From NCBI RefSeq assembly GCF_009914755.1, contig NC_060926.1: 64,000 nucleotides of DNA, one strand, 5' to 3'. The stretch comes from the human T2T-CHM13v2.0 reference genome, Homo sapiens. The translations under genes were made by a program, and so were the position numbers. Of the stretch, positions 27,301 through 40,490 are shown in pieces; position 1 is the first letter of the stretch; every line of letters begins with the position of its first letter. The notes beneath the pieces are model-generated. The model did no database searches, was not told the origin of the DNA, and was given only the letters and a program-made list of their open reading frames with translations.

Positions 27301-28649
27301 TAAATAGTGAAATCAAAGCCAGTTTCTTTTGGATAGACTTAGAATTTTATGCCAGCAGTGGTGTTGCCAAGCAAAACATTCATTAGTAATATTGTACCCC
27401 CAAAAGCAATAACTTCTCTCATAATATGTTGGCTCAAAATTTATAACTGCAAGGCTTAATTAAGCTGTAGATTATGGTTTGAAAGGTATAGTCAATGTAA
27501 TGAATCCCTGAAGATGAAAAATAAACAATAAAAGATAATCAAAACATTTATCTATTTAATGGATTTATATAGTTATGTTGTAAATGTTATTTAACAGATG
27601 TGCAAATAATAAAATAATGCAATGATCATCGTGAACACATTCAAATCATTATTATCTAAATTGGCATATAATACTTCCTCCATGTTAACTCTTACAACTA
27701 CAGAATATAAGTCCATCAATTTGAAATTCAATTATTTATAAGGATGAAGCACTATAGTTTTGGTTTCTATACTTTTCTGAATGGTTACATAATACAAGAC
27801 TGTTCTCTACTTAAAAATCAAGGATTTATTAAAGTAATCCCAAACCAAGATTTCTCCAGTGTATCATCATTTATCAAGTCTAAAGATTTCATCTATGTCA
27901 ATTATATCCTGGAATTACTCTTCTTGAGGGATTCAGTTTTTAATAACTATTTAAAATTTTGAAATATGCATATACCTATCTACCTCCCAGCTACATCGAC
28001 AAATGTGAATGAAGTTTCAGCTACCCTAGAGTTGCTGAAGAATATCAAGCATTAATAGGTTTTTTTTTCACTTAAAAATACAATGAATGCCAAACATTTT
28101 TCTTACTGAAGCAAGTTTGTGATGAATTTAATAAATTCCTCAATGCCTGTGTTATATGAAAAATAAGCTTAAACACAAAAATGTGTAAAAAATAAGTACA
28201 AACACATTTCAGATTTTCTATTGAGCTTAAAAGTTCTTTGGATTTGAATTCCAGTGGGTATTTGTTGATCCTTCTTTCAGACAGGACACATTGCCAATCT
28301 TCCCATTATAAGAAGAACACACCTTTTGATAAGGAGCTATTTGGATCCTAATCAATGTCTTTGAATTTCAACAACAGTTTTACAAAATTTAGTAATCAAT
28401 TTTGAAAATGGAACAATTTCAAAGGGAGAATATTCAAACACTAATGTTTGATAATGATGGCTATTATAGTATATCAAATTTAGAAAAAAACACAACTATT
28501 TGGTTGAATGGTAGGCCATTGATTCAAAACCTCCTAAGTGAAAGACTGTAAATACCTTTTAACCTCCATGAATAATTGGAGTTGAATAGTTTATGAGGTA
28601 TAACTGGTCACTTCCCATAATACCTTCCCATTTGTAGACTTTCTAAGAG

Positions 28650-29090
28650 TGGTCATCCACAGTAACACTCCCTTACCTGAACTAGGAATGAAAATGTCTA
28701 GGCAGCCTTCTCTTCAAGTCACTGCCCAGTTTTCTGTGGAAGAAATCTTCCATTGTTAACCTAATTCCAAAAAGGTCACTCTAGTTAACCTATATCCTAC
28801 ATATTGAAATTTCAGCTCATTCTTTATTTTCTTTTCCTTGAACAAGATGAACTGCTAGTGACTATTCTCTGTAAATTTGAAGGAAAGTGGTAGGCTACCC
28901 TTCAGTCTTCCCTTCTCTAAATCATTTAATCTGAACTCCCTTTACCCTTCTTCATAAAGTATGCTTACAAATTCTCTGTTTATTTCCACCTTTTTTGTTC
29001 ATATTTTCTTCATTTTTCCACATTTAGCTTAATGTGAAGATCTCAGATGTTAATACAGTCCCAACTTTAATACCACAGTGTACAAGCACT
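28650..29090 (-). mobile_element. CR1/L3 relic
   Basis: agaaatcttcc...aacctaa and cccttcagtcttcccttctctaaa...aactccctttacccttcttcata resemble the antisense CR1 3' region. Confidence 0.5.
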
Positions 29091-29788
29091 AAACTGGCCA
29101 TAGAATACTAAGTTTAAACATATTGACAAGTATTAAAACACAATAGTAAATACAAATGAACCGCCATATATCCAACTTTCATATACTTTTCAAATATAAT
29201 AGAGAGATTTACTTATTGAAGAGCAAGTGTTTATTAAGAATGTTAGCAGTCACCATAAACAGAAGTCACACCCAGACATTTACCAAGCAAAATAACCAAC
29301 ATCAATAATAATATGTGATATTCTTCATTTCCAAGAAAATGATACGTTTGGATATCATTGAGATAGGTTGGGGGAAAGAAGCTGTACATTAGCAAGGCTA
29401 TTCTTTTGCTGTTCATACAGCACTAGGAAGGTATCATTTCCTGACTGTTAACTGTGCCACGGTCATTTAGGAGAGACACATCCTTTCCCACTGCTAACTG
29501 AACTTTGTTCTCCTTGGGAAATGTACACAGACTACTGCTTTTCCTTATTCTCACCAAGTTATACATGACCTGATTTCCCAATGTCCTATTCAATGAAATC
29601 CTGAATGCTTCCTTCTATTGCTTTGGTACCTGCAATCTTGGATAATGTGACTCAGATCTCCAACATTAGATGATCTAATAACACGTGGAAGCTTTGGTCC
29701 AGTAGAATTTCAACAGACTGGACTGGTTCCAGGACTCTCTCATTAAACGCAGGGCTTCGTCAATGAACTCAAAGAGATCACTATGGGT

Positions 29789-29977
29789 GAGTAATTCTAA
29801 AACTTTAATGTGTATCAGAATCACCTGGGAGGCTTGTTAAACCACACATTACTGAGCCCATAAATTCAGAGCTTTTAATTCAATAGGTCTGGGGTGGGGT
29901 TCAATAATTTACACTTCTAATAAGTTCCCAGGTGTTGATAATGCTTGTGGTCTGCAGACTACACTTTGAAAACAATG
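29789..29977. mobile_element. MER5A (hAT-Charlie MITE)
   Basis: gtatcagaatcacctgggaggcttgttaaa...taggtctggggtgggg...ttctaataagttcccaggtg...cacactttgaaaacaatg-like ends. About 190 bp. Confidence 0.88.
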
Positions 29978-30642
29978 GTGTAGGCTATTCCTAAACAGCC
30001 AAAATTCTAGAAGAGAGGAAAGTTTCAGGCCTTCATGGAAAACCAATGAAAACGAATTGAGTTTGTCTCTTCCTTCATTAAATTTCTTGGTTTTAACATA
30101 TCCTTGGAGAATAATTTGGCCTCTAGAAATTCAGAATTTGTTTATGTCTTTGTGTTGTCCTCAGGGCAATATTTATATAGGCAAGGGTCAGTATAGATGA
30201 GGATCTAGTTTTACCTACATTATCTTCCCCTTTAGATGCCTTCCTTTCCCCCAGTTTTGTGTTATACCCCTACTCTCATAGAAACACAGAGGAAGCTACA
30301 ACTCAGTAGCAGCATCTTCTGTAGATATGTGACTACGAGGACAACAAATGCCCTTTTATTCTCCAAACAGTTCAGGTAGCCAAGTAAGTGTCAAGAGTGC
30401 TAGCTTAGTCTTTCATTTTTCCTACAGATATTTATTAAGCTTCTCTATTTTGATACACCTGCCATATATATTAGGTAGAAAGATCAGTTTGGGGTCTTAA
30501 ATGCATAGTTTTGGTGGAGGAAACTGAATAACTTCCACTTGTATCACTTTACTATTAACAAACCATTTTTGCTTGTATTATCAAACGTGATCCCCAAATA
30601 TCCCTGTGAGGTAAAAATCAAATTTAATTACTGGGATTCCAG

Positions 30643-30805
30643 TGTCTTGATTTAGTCTCATGAAATAGACTTAAGACAAGGATTTTCATGCAAATAATTT
30701 ATTCAGAATGTCATCTAGGAAGTATAGTGAGAGAAGGGAAAATCAAGACAGATACAGCAGGAAAGCCAATAAATTAAAGTGCATAAATGAGCAGGCTCCT
30801 ACTCT
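30643..30805 (-). mobile_element. LTR16-like ERVL LTR fragment
   Basis: agacaaggattttcatgcaaataatttattcag...ggaaagccaataaa...aatgagcagg. Confidence 0.6.
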
Positions 30806-31778
30806 AAAATACACGATATCAATTGGTCAAGGAATGATGATAATATTTTATCAGCAAAAGGAAGATTTTTAACATTTCTTAAATGCTCCAATAATGTTAC
30901 TTTTAAAAATTAGCAATCGTTTTCCCCTGCCAATTTTTGCATCAAAGCTGACCAAGCCTCTCCCACTCTGGAATTTTAAACAAAATCTAATTAAATCAAC
31001 AAAGTTCACTGGATGGGGTTAGGCTGTTTCCTGAACGCACATTACTCTGCTGCTCTGCCTGGAAGAGCTCTCAGCCTTGTTTTCGGCTGACTTTTTCTCC
31101 TTGCTGGCCCTTGATCACTCTTAATGATCCCCAGCTGTATCAGTTCCCTGCCTGCTTTAACCCCAATTGGCCTGGCCTCACATCTCTGCGGCATCTGGAG
31201 GACAAATGAAGCCAAGCTGACCAGCACCTCCTTAATGCAGTCTCAGATAATAGGTGGTAATAGACATTTGAATGATTTCTTTTGTTCTTCTATATGGGCT
31301 AAGAAAATTAATAATTCGTGCATTTTTAAAAAACTAGAAATTAAAGAGAACAATGCTGTGTGCTGTTAATCTGGTTGCTACAGTATCACTACTCCCCACC
31401 CCCTCACTCACTTTGTTACTTAAAGATGTTTACAAAGCTGGCAACATACAGCAGTGTCTATGGCTGAAAGGTTGTAGATATCTGTTCCGAATTGGCCACA
31501 GATGTGCAACAGCTTTCTAACCTACTTATTTCTAAAACTGACTCTTTTCCCAGGACACCTATTTAGGAAATTCGTAGACCATATTAGTAGTAGACCATAT
31601 TATTTTATTTTAAAGTAAGTAGTAAGAAAGTATCAGAAAAGCAAGTGTTAGACATAAGATTGGCAGGGAGGGTAAGCTTGCCATATTTGACTATCATCTC
31701 ATTATCAAAAATGAATCAGCACCATTCATCCTATGTACAAATATTAACAGATGTAAATTTTGCTAAAGACTGGTAGGT

Positions 31779-31940
31779 AGTCAGGCATGGTAGCATGCAC
31801 CTGCAGTTCCAGTATGCAGGAGGCTGAGGCGGGAGGATCACTGAAACCTAGGAGGTAGAGGTTGCAGTGAGCTATGATGGCACCCCAGCCCAGGTGACAG
31901 AGCAAGAACCTATCTCAAAACAAACAAACAAACAAACAAA
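31779..31940 (+). mobile_element. FRAM / AluJ right monomer with (CAAA)n tail
   Basis: ggaggctgaggcgggaggatcactgaaacctaggagg...gcagtgagctatgatggcacc. Confidence 0.9.
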
Positions 31941-31981
31941 GGATGGGAGAGTTATTTGCAGTTAAGAAACTAATAAAAACT

Positions 31982-32298
<317 letters not shown>

Positions 32299-34958
32299 CT
32301 AATAAAACTATTAATAAGTAAATAGTCAACACTCACACAGACATACCTTGAATGTTATACATCTCAGCTAATGTAAATCAACTGCCTAACTTAGGTCAAA
32401 TTATTAGTTTCTACTTGCACTGTCACACATTTCCCAACATAGATTCTCATTAGAAATTGTTATTGTTAAGAACCATTTATGTTTCTTAATACATCACCAA
32501 CAAAAAGCAAACAGATACACTTTGTCCCTTTCCTTGGCTCAGGAGAGAGTTTTGATTTGCCAATAGTGTCATGAACAATGTAATCATCAACTTAAAAAAT
32601 CAGTCTCTCCATGACTGGCTTAGTCTCAATATTAAAACATGTTTACAGAGAAAGGAGAAACCACAGACTTGAAAAGAATGTTTTAAGGTATCATCCACTA
32701 ACTTTTCTAAGAATTTTGGTCAGCATGAACAATGGTAATATAATAAACAAAACTTAAAATATTTTACCTGACAGATACTGTTAATGTTCTCTAGTCAACT
32801 GAATATTGATTTTTTGCAAAAATAAAGACACAAGTGTGTTTAATTCAAGTGTCACCAAATTTATGCTTTTATTTCACAGGAAGCTGCCCATGGTGTGCGT
32901 CTATGTGTGTGTGTGTATGAAGTCTGTGCATTAGTGTTATTGTGTTGTATTCTAAAAGTATAAGTGTGTAGCTATACATATAAATACATACAGTATAAAG
33001 CCACATTATACTCTACTGGCCAAGACTGAGTTCCAAGGTATGTCTGTTCTTACTCGCTTTGAAAAAATCTTAGAGATTAGTATCTTCGAACTATGGTTTC
33101 AGCTGGATATACACTGATTTTGTGATGCCCTGTGAATTTATTTTTGTTACTTTGAGTTATGTGAAAAAACATGGAACCATTAAATAGTTATTGCATATGA
33201 GTTTAATCATTCCACTGCCTTTTCTATGGAAACCAGATCTTATTTCATATCCTTATGCTCCAAAGTCAATTTTGCACTTTGATATTTCTGCCACAATACC
33301 CCTGTGAGAACTGAGTTGAAATCACCAAGAACAGAATTCAGTTTGAAGTTTTCACATAACTGGCTGGCAGAAAATTTGCCTATAATCTTATGCTTATGAT
33401 ATCACAGTGGGCTTCTCTGTGAAAGATTATCCTGTCAACACTGATTTCTACCACTGAGGAAGAACTGTTGGTTTTTTTTCTCTTCTTCTTTCTTTCTTTC
33501 TTTTTTTTTTTTTTCTGTCTTTGTCATTAATAGATCAAGGTTGCTTTGCCCCTAGCCTCTGAGATTTCATTCTTCTGCCCACTTAAATCAGGTGTACGAT
33601 GCAAAGTACTTTAGGACTCTGAAATGCAAAGACCTATGTAAATGCAAGAATTATTCATTCACCATAAGCTTATGAAGGCCAATGTCTGAACTTGAATTGC
33701 TGAAAGAATTCTTGCAGCAAATTGTTCAGAGTGCTCTTCACTCAGGTCTGCTGGGGATAATGTGTCCAAAGTAAATACCCAAAAGGCCTTTCTTCTACTG
33801 AGTTCACCACCTGAATTATTCTCTCTCTGTGAAGAATTAATTTTCTAAATGCCTATGAATTTCAAACGAGAAATTGCATGGTACAAATTAATAAAGAGTT
33901 TAGCTGTAGGGCAATCAGTAGCACTTTTTCTAATCACACTCAATATACCCAAAGTACTCTTTTAAGATTCTAATAGTTCATCAAATGTATTCAAAGTCAT
34001 ATGGGCATGTCATGACACAAATACTTTTATCAGAAAAACAATTCTGAATTAATAAAATCAGAGACTTTCATTGCCAGGATGTGCATAGGGAGCCTGTGAT
34101 GAATGAGAACGAGCAGCATGTTTGCTGAAAGCACAAGGGAAACTCTTACCATTCCCATCCCCTGAACACACTGGTGTCAGTGGATGTTCTGAGAAAGTTG
34201 ACTTCACTTTTGCTTTGAGTTAAACATTTACCTAAAATGATATCCTTAACAATTTACGCAGCACAGGATTAACATATTTGCTCCTGCCTCTCTTCTTCTT
34301 CTATAACTTCTACCTTTTTTTTTCCTCTTCCATTTTCTTTCTCTTTTATAACCTCAGATGTAAAGGAAAAAGTTAAATTTCTCAGTTTATGACACACTAT
34401 CGTCTTCCATCTCTGTTAAATCTATTTGTTTTGTTCTTCATTGTCTTCATTTTTCTTTTTCTTTTCCTCTTCCCAATAGGCATGCACTCTAAATATAAAG
34501 GTAAATAGGTATGTAAGAATCCTTAAAAAGATTGTTTTGAGTACATCAAGATATTACATTTATGTAATGCCTGTTATACTATAGTCCTTATTTTTTTTAT
34601 TTTCTAGGTTTTGTATGTTTGTTTTTTCACTCAGCCCTAAGTTTTAAAGTTTTTTCTCCCTCTAGTTACTTCTAGTTAATTTTTTCTGATTGCTGCATTG
34701 TATTTCATTCTGTGCATCTACACATTTACTTACCCGTCTCCTTATTGATGGACTCTTAGATTGCTTCTGCCCTCCCCGCTCAGCACACAGTAAAGCACCC
34801 TTGTATATATCCCCTTATGAACCTAAGCAAGCAAGAGTTTGTCTGGAGGACACGAGCAAGGGTAGGATTGTGAGGTCCCATGGTAGGAAACTTGCACAAT
34901 GCATTTCATATGTAGTAGCATATTACTACAGGTAGAGAATCGCTTTCTTCTTCTTCCC

Positions 34959-35224
34959 TTTTTTTTTTTGAGCCTCTGTATAGTGGCACCATCATGGCTC
35001 ACTGCAGCCTTGAACTCCTGGACTGAAGCAATCCTCTCACTTCAGCCTCTCAAGTAGCTGGGAATACAGGCACACACCACCACGCCCAGCTAATTTTTAT
35101 ATTTTTTATAGAGAAAGGGTTTTGCCATGTTGCCCAGGTTAGTCTCAAACTCCTAGGCTCAAGTGGTACTCTCACCTCAGCCTCCCAAAGTGCTAGGTTA
35201 CAGGCAGGAACCACTGCGCCCAGC
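34959..35224 (-). mobile_element. AluJ
   Basis: atcatggctcactgcagccttgaactcctgg and gccatgttgcccagg, both AluJ diagnostics. Confidence 0.92.
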
Positions 35225-35625
35225 TGAGGTATTGCTATTTTAATTTGCATTCTTCTCCTTACTAATAGCAATGTTCTATCTGCCCATTTTTCTAGCTTGT
35301 TTCCTGTCTTTCTATTTTTATTTCATAAGTTCTTTATTAAGTGTAAAATATGATCCTGTTTTGTATTTTTGGAGACGTGTGTAAGAAATACTTCATTACC
35401 ACAAGGATGTTATCCTATTTGGTAGTGACATTACTTTTAACATTTACATGAAAGCTTGTAGATTAATATGCCTAAGTAATACTATCTTAATAATCTTATA
35501 TTTAGACCTTCAAAATTTTATTTGCAAATTTTACTCTGATTTACTTATAAACTATTATTTGGGTTTGGAGCTATTCCATGTCTTTTTATTCGGAGGCTTC
35601 CATTCCAGCACTAACCAGTAACTAC

Positions 35626-35831
<206 letters not shown>

Positions 35832-36121
35832 TAAATAATATTCCCTGAGATTATATCTAAATGGTGATGGCAGGCACGGTTTTATAAAATCATCTTATAA
35901 GTGATTAGAAAGAACAATTTCATTTTTGACCCCTATAATTTCTTTCACAATGTATGAGAATTTCCTGCATTTGTGGAGTTTATGACTCTTGATTTGAGAA
36001 ATTTTGTATTCTTAAGGACATTATTTAAAACTCAAAATACATACATAAAGGCTAGAAGAACAAAATTCGTAATAGTTACGAATAGTTTTACATTCACCCT
36101 TTCATTACTGTGGTTGTGACA

Positions 36122-36634
36122 TGCTGAGACCAGCTGGGTCAGGGAGACCCTAACCCAGCGGCGCCAGAGGAATTAAAGACACACACACAGAAATATAGAG
36201 GTGTGAAGTAGGAAATTAGGGGTCTCACAGCCTTCAGAGCTGAGAGCCTCGAACAGAGGTTTACTCACGTATTTATTAACAGCAAGCCAGTCATTAACAC
36301 TGTTTCTATAGATATTAGATTAACTAAAAGTATCCCTTATGGGAAATGAAGGGATGGGCCAAAATAAAGGGATGGGTTGGGCTAGTTATCTGCAGCGGGA
36401 GCATGTCCTTAAGGCACAGATCGCTCATGCTGTTGTTGGTGGTTTAAGAATGCCTTTAAGCGGTTTTCCACCCTGGGTGGGCCAGCTGTTCCTTGCCCTC
36501 CTTCCCCTAAACCCACAACCTTCCAGCGTGGGCATTATGGCCATCATGAACATGTCACAATGCTGCAGAGATTTTGTTTATGGCCAGTTTTGGGGCCAGT
36601 TTATGGCCAGATTTTGGGGGGCCTGTTCCCAACA
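36122..36634 (-). mobile_element. MER9 solo LTR (HERV-K HML-3)
   Basis: Minus strand begins tgttgggaacaggccccccaaaatctggccataaactggcccc. 513 bp with TG..CA ends and perfect 6-bp TSD gtgaca. Confidence 0.96.
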
Positions 36635-36754
36635 GTGACAGAGTGGGAGAATGTGATTAGTGAGTAGTTCTTTCCACCAACTTGAAGAGTCCCATCACTG
36701 TCCTGCTCTGAGGGATGGAGGAAGGTGGGAAGAGTCTGTGAAAAAAGAACAGCA

Positions 36755-37022
36755 GGAATTCAGGGTGAAGAAGATGTGGACTGTGTCTCCAGTGAGTACT
36801 TACTGAGTGATTTTCTCAGTTGTGCATATGAGTTTGCTTTCATCCTTCCAAACACCATCACATGGATTTCCCTTGTGACAGCTAACATATAAGTGCAAGT
36901 ACCTGTGATGTGGGGTGTGATCCATAACCATTGCATACAACAAAGCAAATGGGTCCACACAGTAGTGAACTCTTGACCTTGGGTTTACTAGCTATGTGTT
37001 CTCATCAGTTGAGCAACCAGCC
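36755..37022 (-). mobile_element. MamSINE1-like SINE with decayed tRNA-Ile-derived head
   Basis: Minus strand ggctggttgctcaactgatgagaacacatagctagtaaacccaaggtcaagagttca versus tRNA-Ile ggccggttagctcagttggttagagcgtggtgctaataacgccaaggtcgcgggttcga. Body gtcacaaggg...ggatgaaagcaaa. Confidence 0.7.
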
Positions 37023-37130
37023 ATGGATATATACAGGAAATGTGTCCTGCTGAACTTCAATGTCACTTCTTGGTCAGAACTCAACCTGAGAGATTAGCCA
37101 GACAAATCTTACACCAGAGAGCATGAAAGA

Positions 37131-37192
37131 GGGATAGCAATACAAGATCATTTTCAGATTTGGGATAGCAATACAAGATCATTTTCAGATTT
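37131..37192. repeat. Perfect 2 x 31-bp tandem duplication
   Basis: gggatagcaatacaagatcattttcagattt twice. Confidence 0.97.
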
Positions 37193-40009
37193 CAGTTCAT
37201 GTATATAACACTGACTAATAGCAGCTTCATCTCTTAGAGTATAACACTATTTGTGGTTTGTGAGTATCTAATTTGTTTAAAATCATTATGTGTTTTCAGT
37301 TTAAATTCATTATGTATTTTCAGAATCAGTTTTTTTCACGGATCATGGATGAAAAGTCATCAACAAATAATTTTTAGTAATAACAATATAAAAATTGTTC
37401 ACAGCTAGATTTGTTTCATCAACTCTAAAGTGCTTCAGAAATTATAGATGAACCATGAAAAACATCATGATTTTATTATATTTTACATGTTATAAATATT
37501 GTATTAAATAATTTTAATGCAAATATAATTACTGAAATATAAAATATTATGAATATTCTCTCTTCTTACAAGTGAAATTTAAATTACATTATACAAAGCA
37601 AATCACAATTAGACATATCTTTCTAAAACTAATTGTTGAGCAATATCAACATATCTTCTAGAAGAGAAACTAAAATATACTATGGGAATAATTGTACTTT
37701 GAATAAACTAAATTTTATTATAGTGACATAGAAGACAGTGTTATTTGGAAATCAAGATATATTATAGAATACTCTTCAAATTTTCAAAGGTACAGTTGGT
37801 ATCTTGACTTATTAAAATGGTAATAAAAATTGTGAGGCTTTTGGGAGTTCTTTCATTATATTATACTGCCTCCATTAACTGGAATACAGAGGAAATGAGG
37901 AATTCTTACTCCAACCAGAATAAAATCAAGTTAAGTCATGTTAAAGAACCATTTGTGTAAGACAGAAATAGTTAAATATTAGCTATTTTATATGGTTCAA
38001 TGTAATAACTTTGGCTTTGATTTTTGTTGGCTATTGGTCACTTTCCTATTTAAATAAACATAACTTCTTACATACAAAACTTGTTTATTTTCATATAACT
38101 TTTTCTTTAAAAATCAAGTATAAAAGAGAGGATCTTAGTTAGTGAAGCTGTCTGAAAGTTAATTCTAGCTATAATTGAGAGATTAATGTCTCGAAATCCG
38201 GATAGAAACTAAAGAAATCATTTTACACATTTACAATGTTTTGTAACAAACGTGGAGGACTGAGTATTGGTATTTGATGTGAAATTTTTATTAAAAGTTC
38301 AAATTTGCAGATTTTCCAAGCTTTTCAAGAATATCTGAGCATTCTCTCAGTACTAAGTTTAAAAAAAGTTATGCACATAACACAGACAGGGTAAGTTGAC
38401 AGCTGTATAGAAAATATTATTTTATCTGTGTGCACATAAATGATTACTACATAAGTTTATATATAGAGTATGTAAGAAAAGTTGTTGTCAAGTAATGTAA
38501 ACACATAAAGGTGGATAAAATAAGAGTAGATGACTTTCAAAATGGGATTTTTTTGCAGTATATTTAGTACTGTTCTCTTTCAAATGCTTTTTTTGTTTGT
38601 TGCTTTTGAGGCTGGGAGGTTTGGGGCAAGAAAGATCACGAAATAGAGGTGTGAAAATTCAGATAGCATTTAATTAGTTTAGTTAGACTGTTAACACAAA
38701 CATAATGGATTTTCAGCCTTTTCTCTTTTTTATCCTCTGACTTCAGGCAATTACACACCATCACTTCTTGAAGAAATTATTGTGCATTATTTCAGAAAAT
38801 TGACTACTTGCACACTTAAGCCCAATCTAATTAATTCAATTTATTAAAATTGTTTATTCATCTTAAATCTAATTGAGCCTACTATAACCATAATTGAGCT
38901 CATTCATATAGTATTATCTTTGATGTCAGTGTAATTCATCTTTTCCCCCATTGGTACTAGTAAAAAAATGTTGGACAATATATAATTTAAAAACACTAAT
39001 GTTACCAAAGATAGATTACATGTAACCATTCTAATCTGCCTCTGCCTGGCTCTGAAAAGTAATCCACAATTGGATTTTGTATTTTATGTGAGTGTTTAAA
39101 ATTTCTTTTTGACATTTTATGATTTACCTTTTATTTTTTTCTACTGAATACACTGGAAACATCAAAAAATGGGAACTGATTAAAACAATATATATTTTTG
39201 AAAAATAAGACAATGGGGTAAAGATGGGGACTTTCAGGAGTAATTCCTATTTCCTCGTATTATGGAAACATGTATAGAAACTTTCCTTATTCAGCATAAG
39301 GAACTCAGTTATTACCAAGAATGATAACTCTACCTTGACTTTTCCTTTTTTTCTGAATTTCAAAACACTGCCTTGCTCAAACCCATTTGTATCCAGTGTT
39401 GTTGTTACAAACTCACTCCTAGAGATGGGTATGAAAGAGATGCCCTAACATTCCTGAATCTTAGGAAGTCTTAGACTTCTGCAACAATTCATTCTGGCAA
39501 CATTAATTTATTCAACTTTGTTACTATCTAAATTTTTAGTATTTAGTTTTGGAGAAAAGAAATCATCTGAAATACTCCTCATACTGTATATGAAAAAAAG
39601 AAATGCATAGTCTTACTGGGGAAAATGAACATGACATTTAAGTAAAGACACAAATATAATAATATTCTTGACATTACTACAACTGTCACATAGCTCTGAA
39701 AGAAGCACACTGTTCTCTAGTTTTCACAGTGATTGCATCAATAAGCTAGGAAACAACTAAATATTTGCAACCAGCCAAAGGATACATGTATAATCCTTGA
39801 GAGGGAGATAAACATGGCCATCTACAACTAGAGATACCCATTACTTTATGAGAATCACTTTCTCTTGGCTCAAAGTGTCAATAAATCTTAGAATATTTCT
39901 AAGATATACAACAAATATAACTTATTATGGTTGGCTGGTTTTTCTATGTACTAATATAATTGGCCACAATTATCAGGAGGAACTTTAATAAAAGGAAAAA
40001 AAATTACTC

Positions 40010-40490
40010 TTATGCATGCTCAGTGTTCCAAAGTATTTTTATAACACTATTAGAGGACTCATATGGATTATATTTCTTACTTCTGAAATAAATTACGGTT
40101 TGGATCAGGAAGGAAGCAGTAGGACTAGAAAGGGGAACACTATAAGAAACATTGCAGAAAAACAAATACTTGTATAAGACTAGGTGACTTACCAAGTCAT
40201 ATGCAGGGGATGAAAAAGAAGGACATATGAGAGATGATTCCAAATTTTCTCCTATTAGAGTGTGCTTAAATCTACTTTCTTTCTCTTCCCCATTTGGAAC
40301 TAGGCAGGTAAATACAGATTAAACTCAATTTAAACTTCTGCATGATAATGTGCAAAGGCATTTCCACTAATTTTTAAAGAAGAAATTTATATGTTTTATT
40401 TAAGGTATATTGAATTTGGAATGATGGTGTTAACACCAGCTGGAGATATCCAGCAGGCAGGACTGAAGCTCAGCAGAGTGTGTGGTCAAC
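40010..40490 (-). mobile_element. L2 relic
   Basis: gagatgattccaaattttct and tattgaatttggaatg...ggagatatccagcaggcag are typical antisense L2 motifs. Confidence 0.55.

Noticed and set aside
32862-32900. 13-nt microexon ttttatttcacAG|gaagctgcccatg|GTGTGC
   Set aside because: The acceptor is good but the donor is weak and the length breaks frame. No other support.
36951-37022. tRNA-Ile gene
   Set aside because: Too degenerate to fold as a cloverleaf and continues into a SINE body, so it is treated as a MamSINE1 head.
37131-37192. CRISPR-like 31-bp repeat
   Set aside because: Two adjacent copies with no spacer, in primate DNA with no cas genes.
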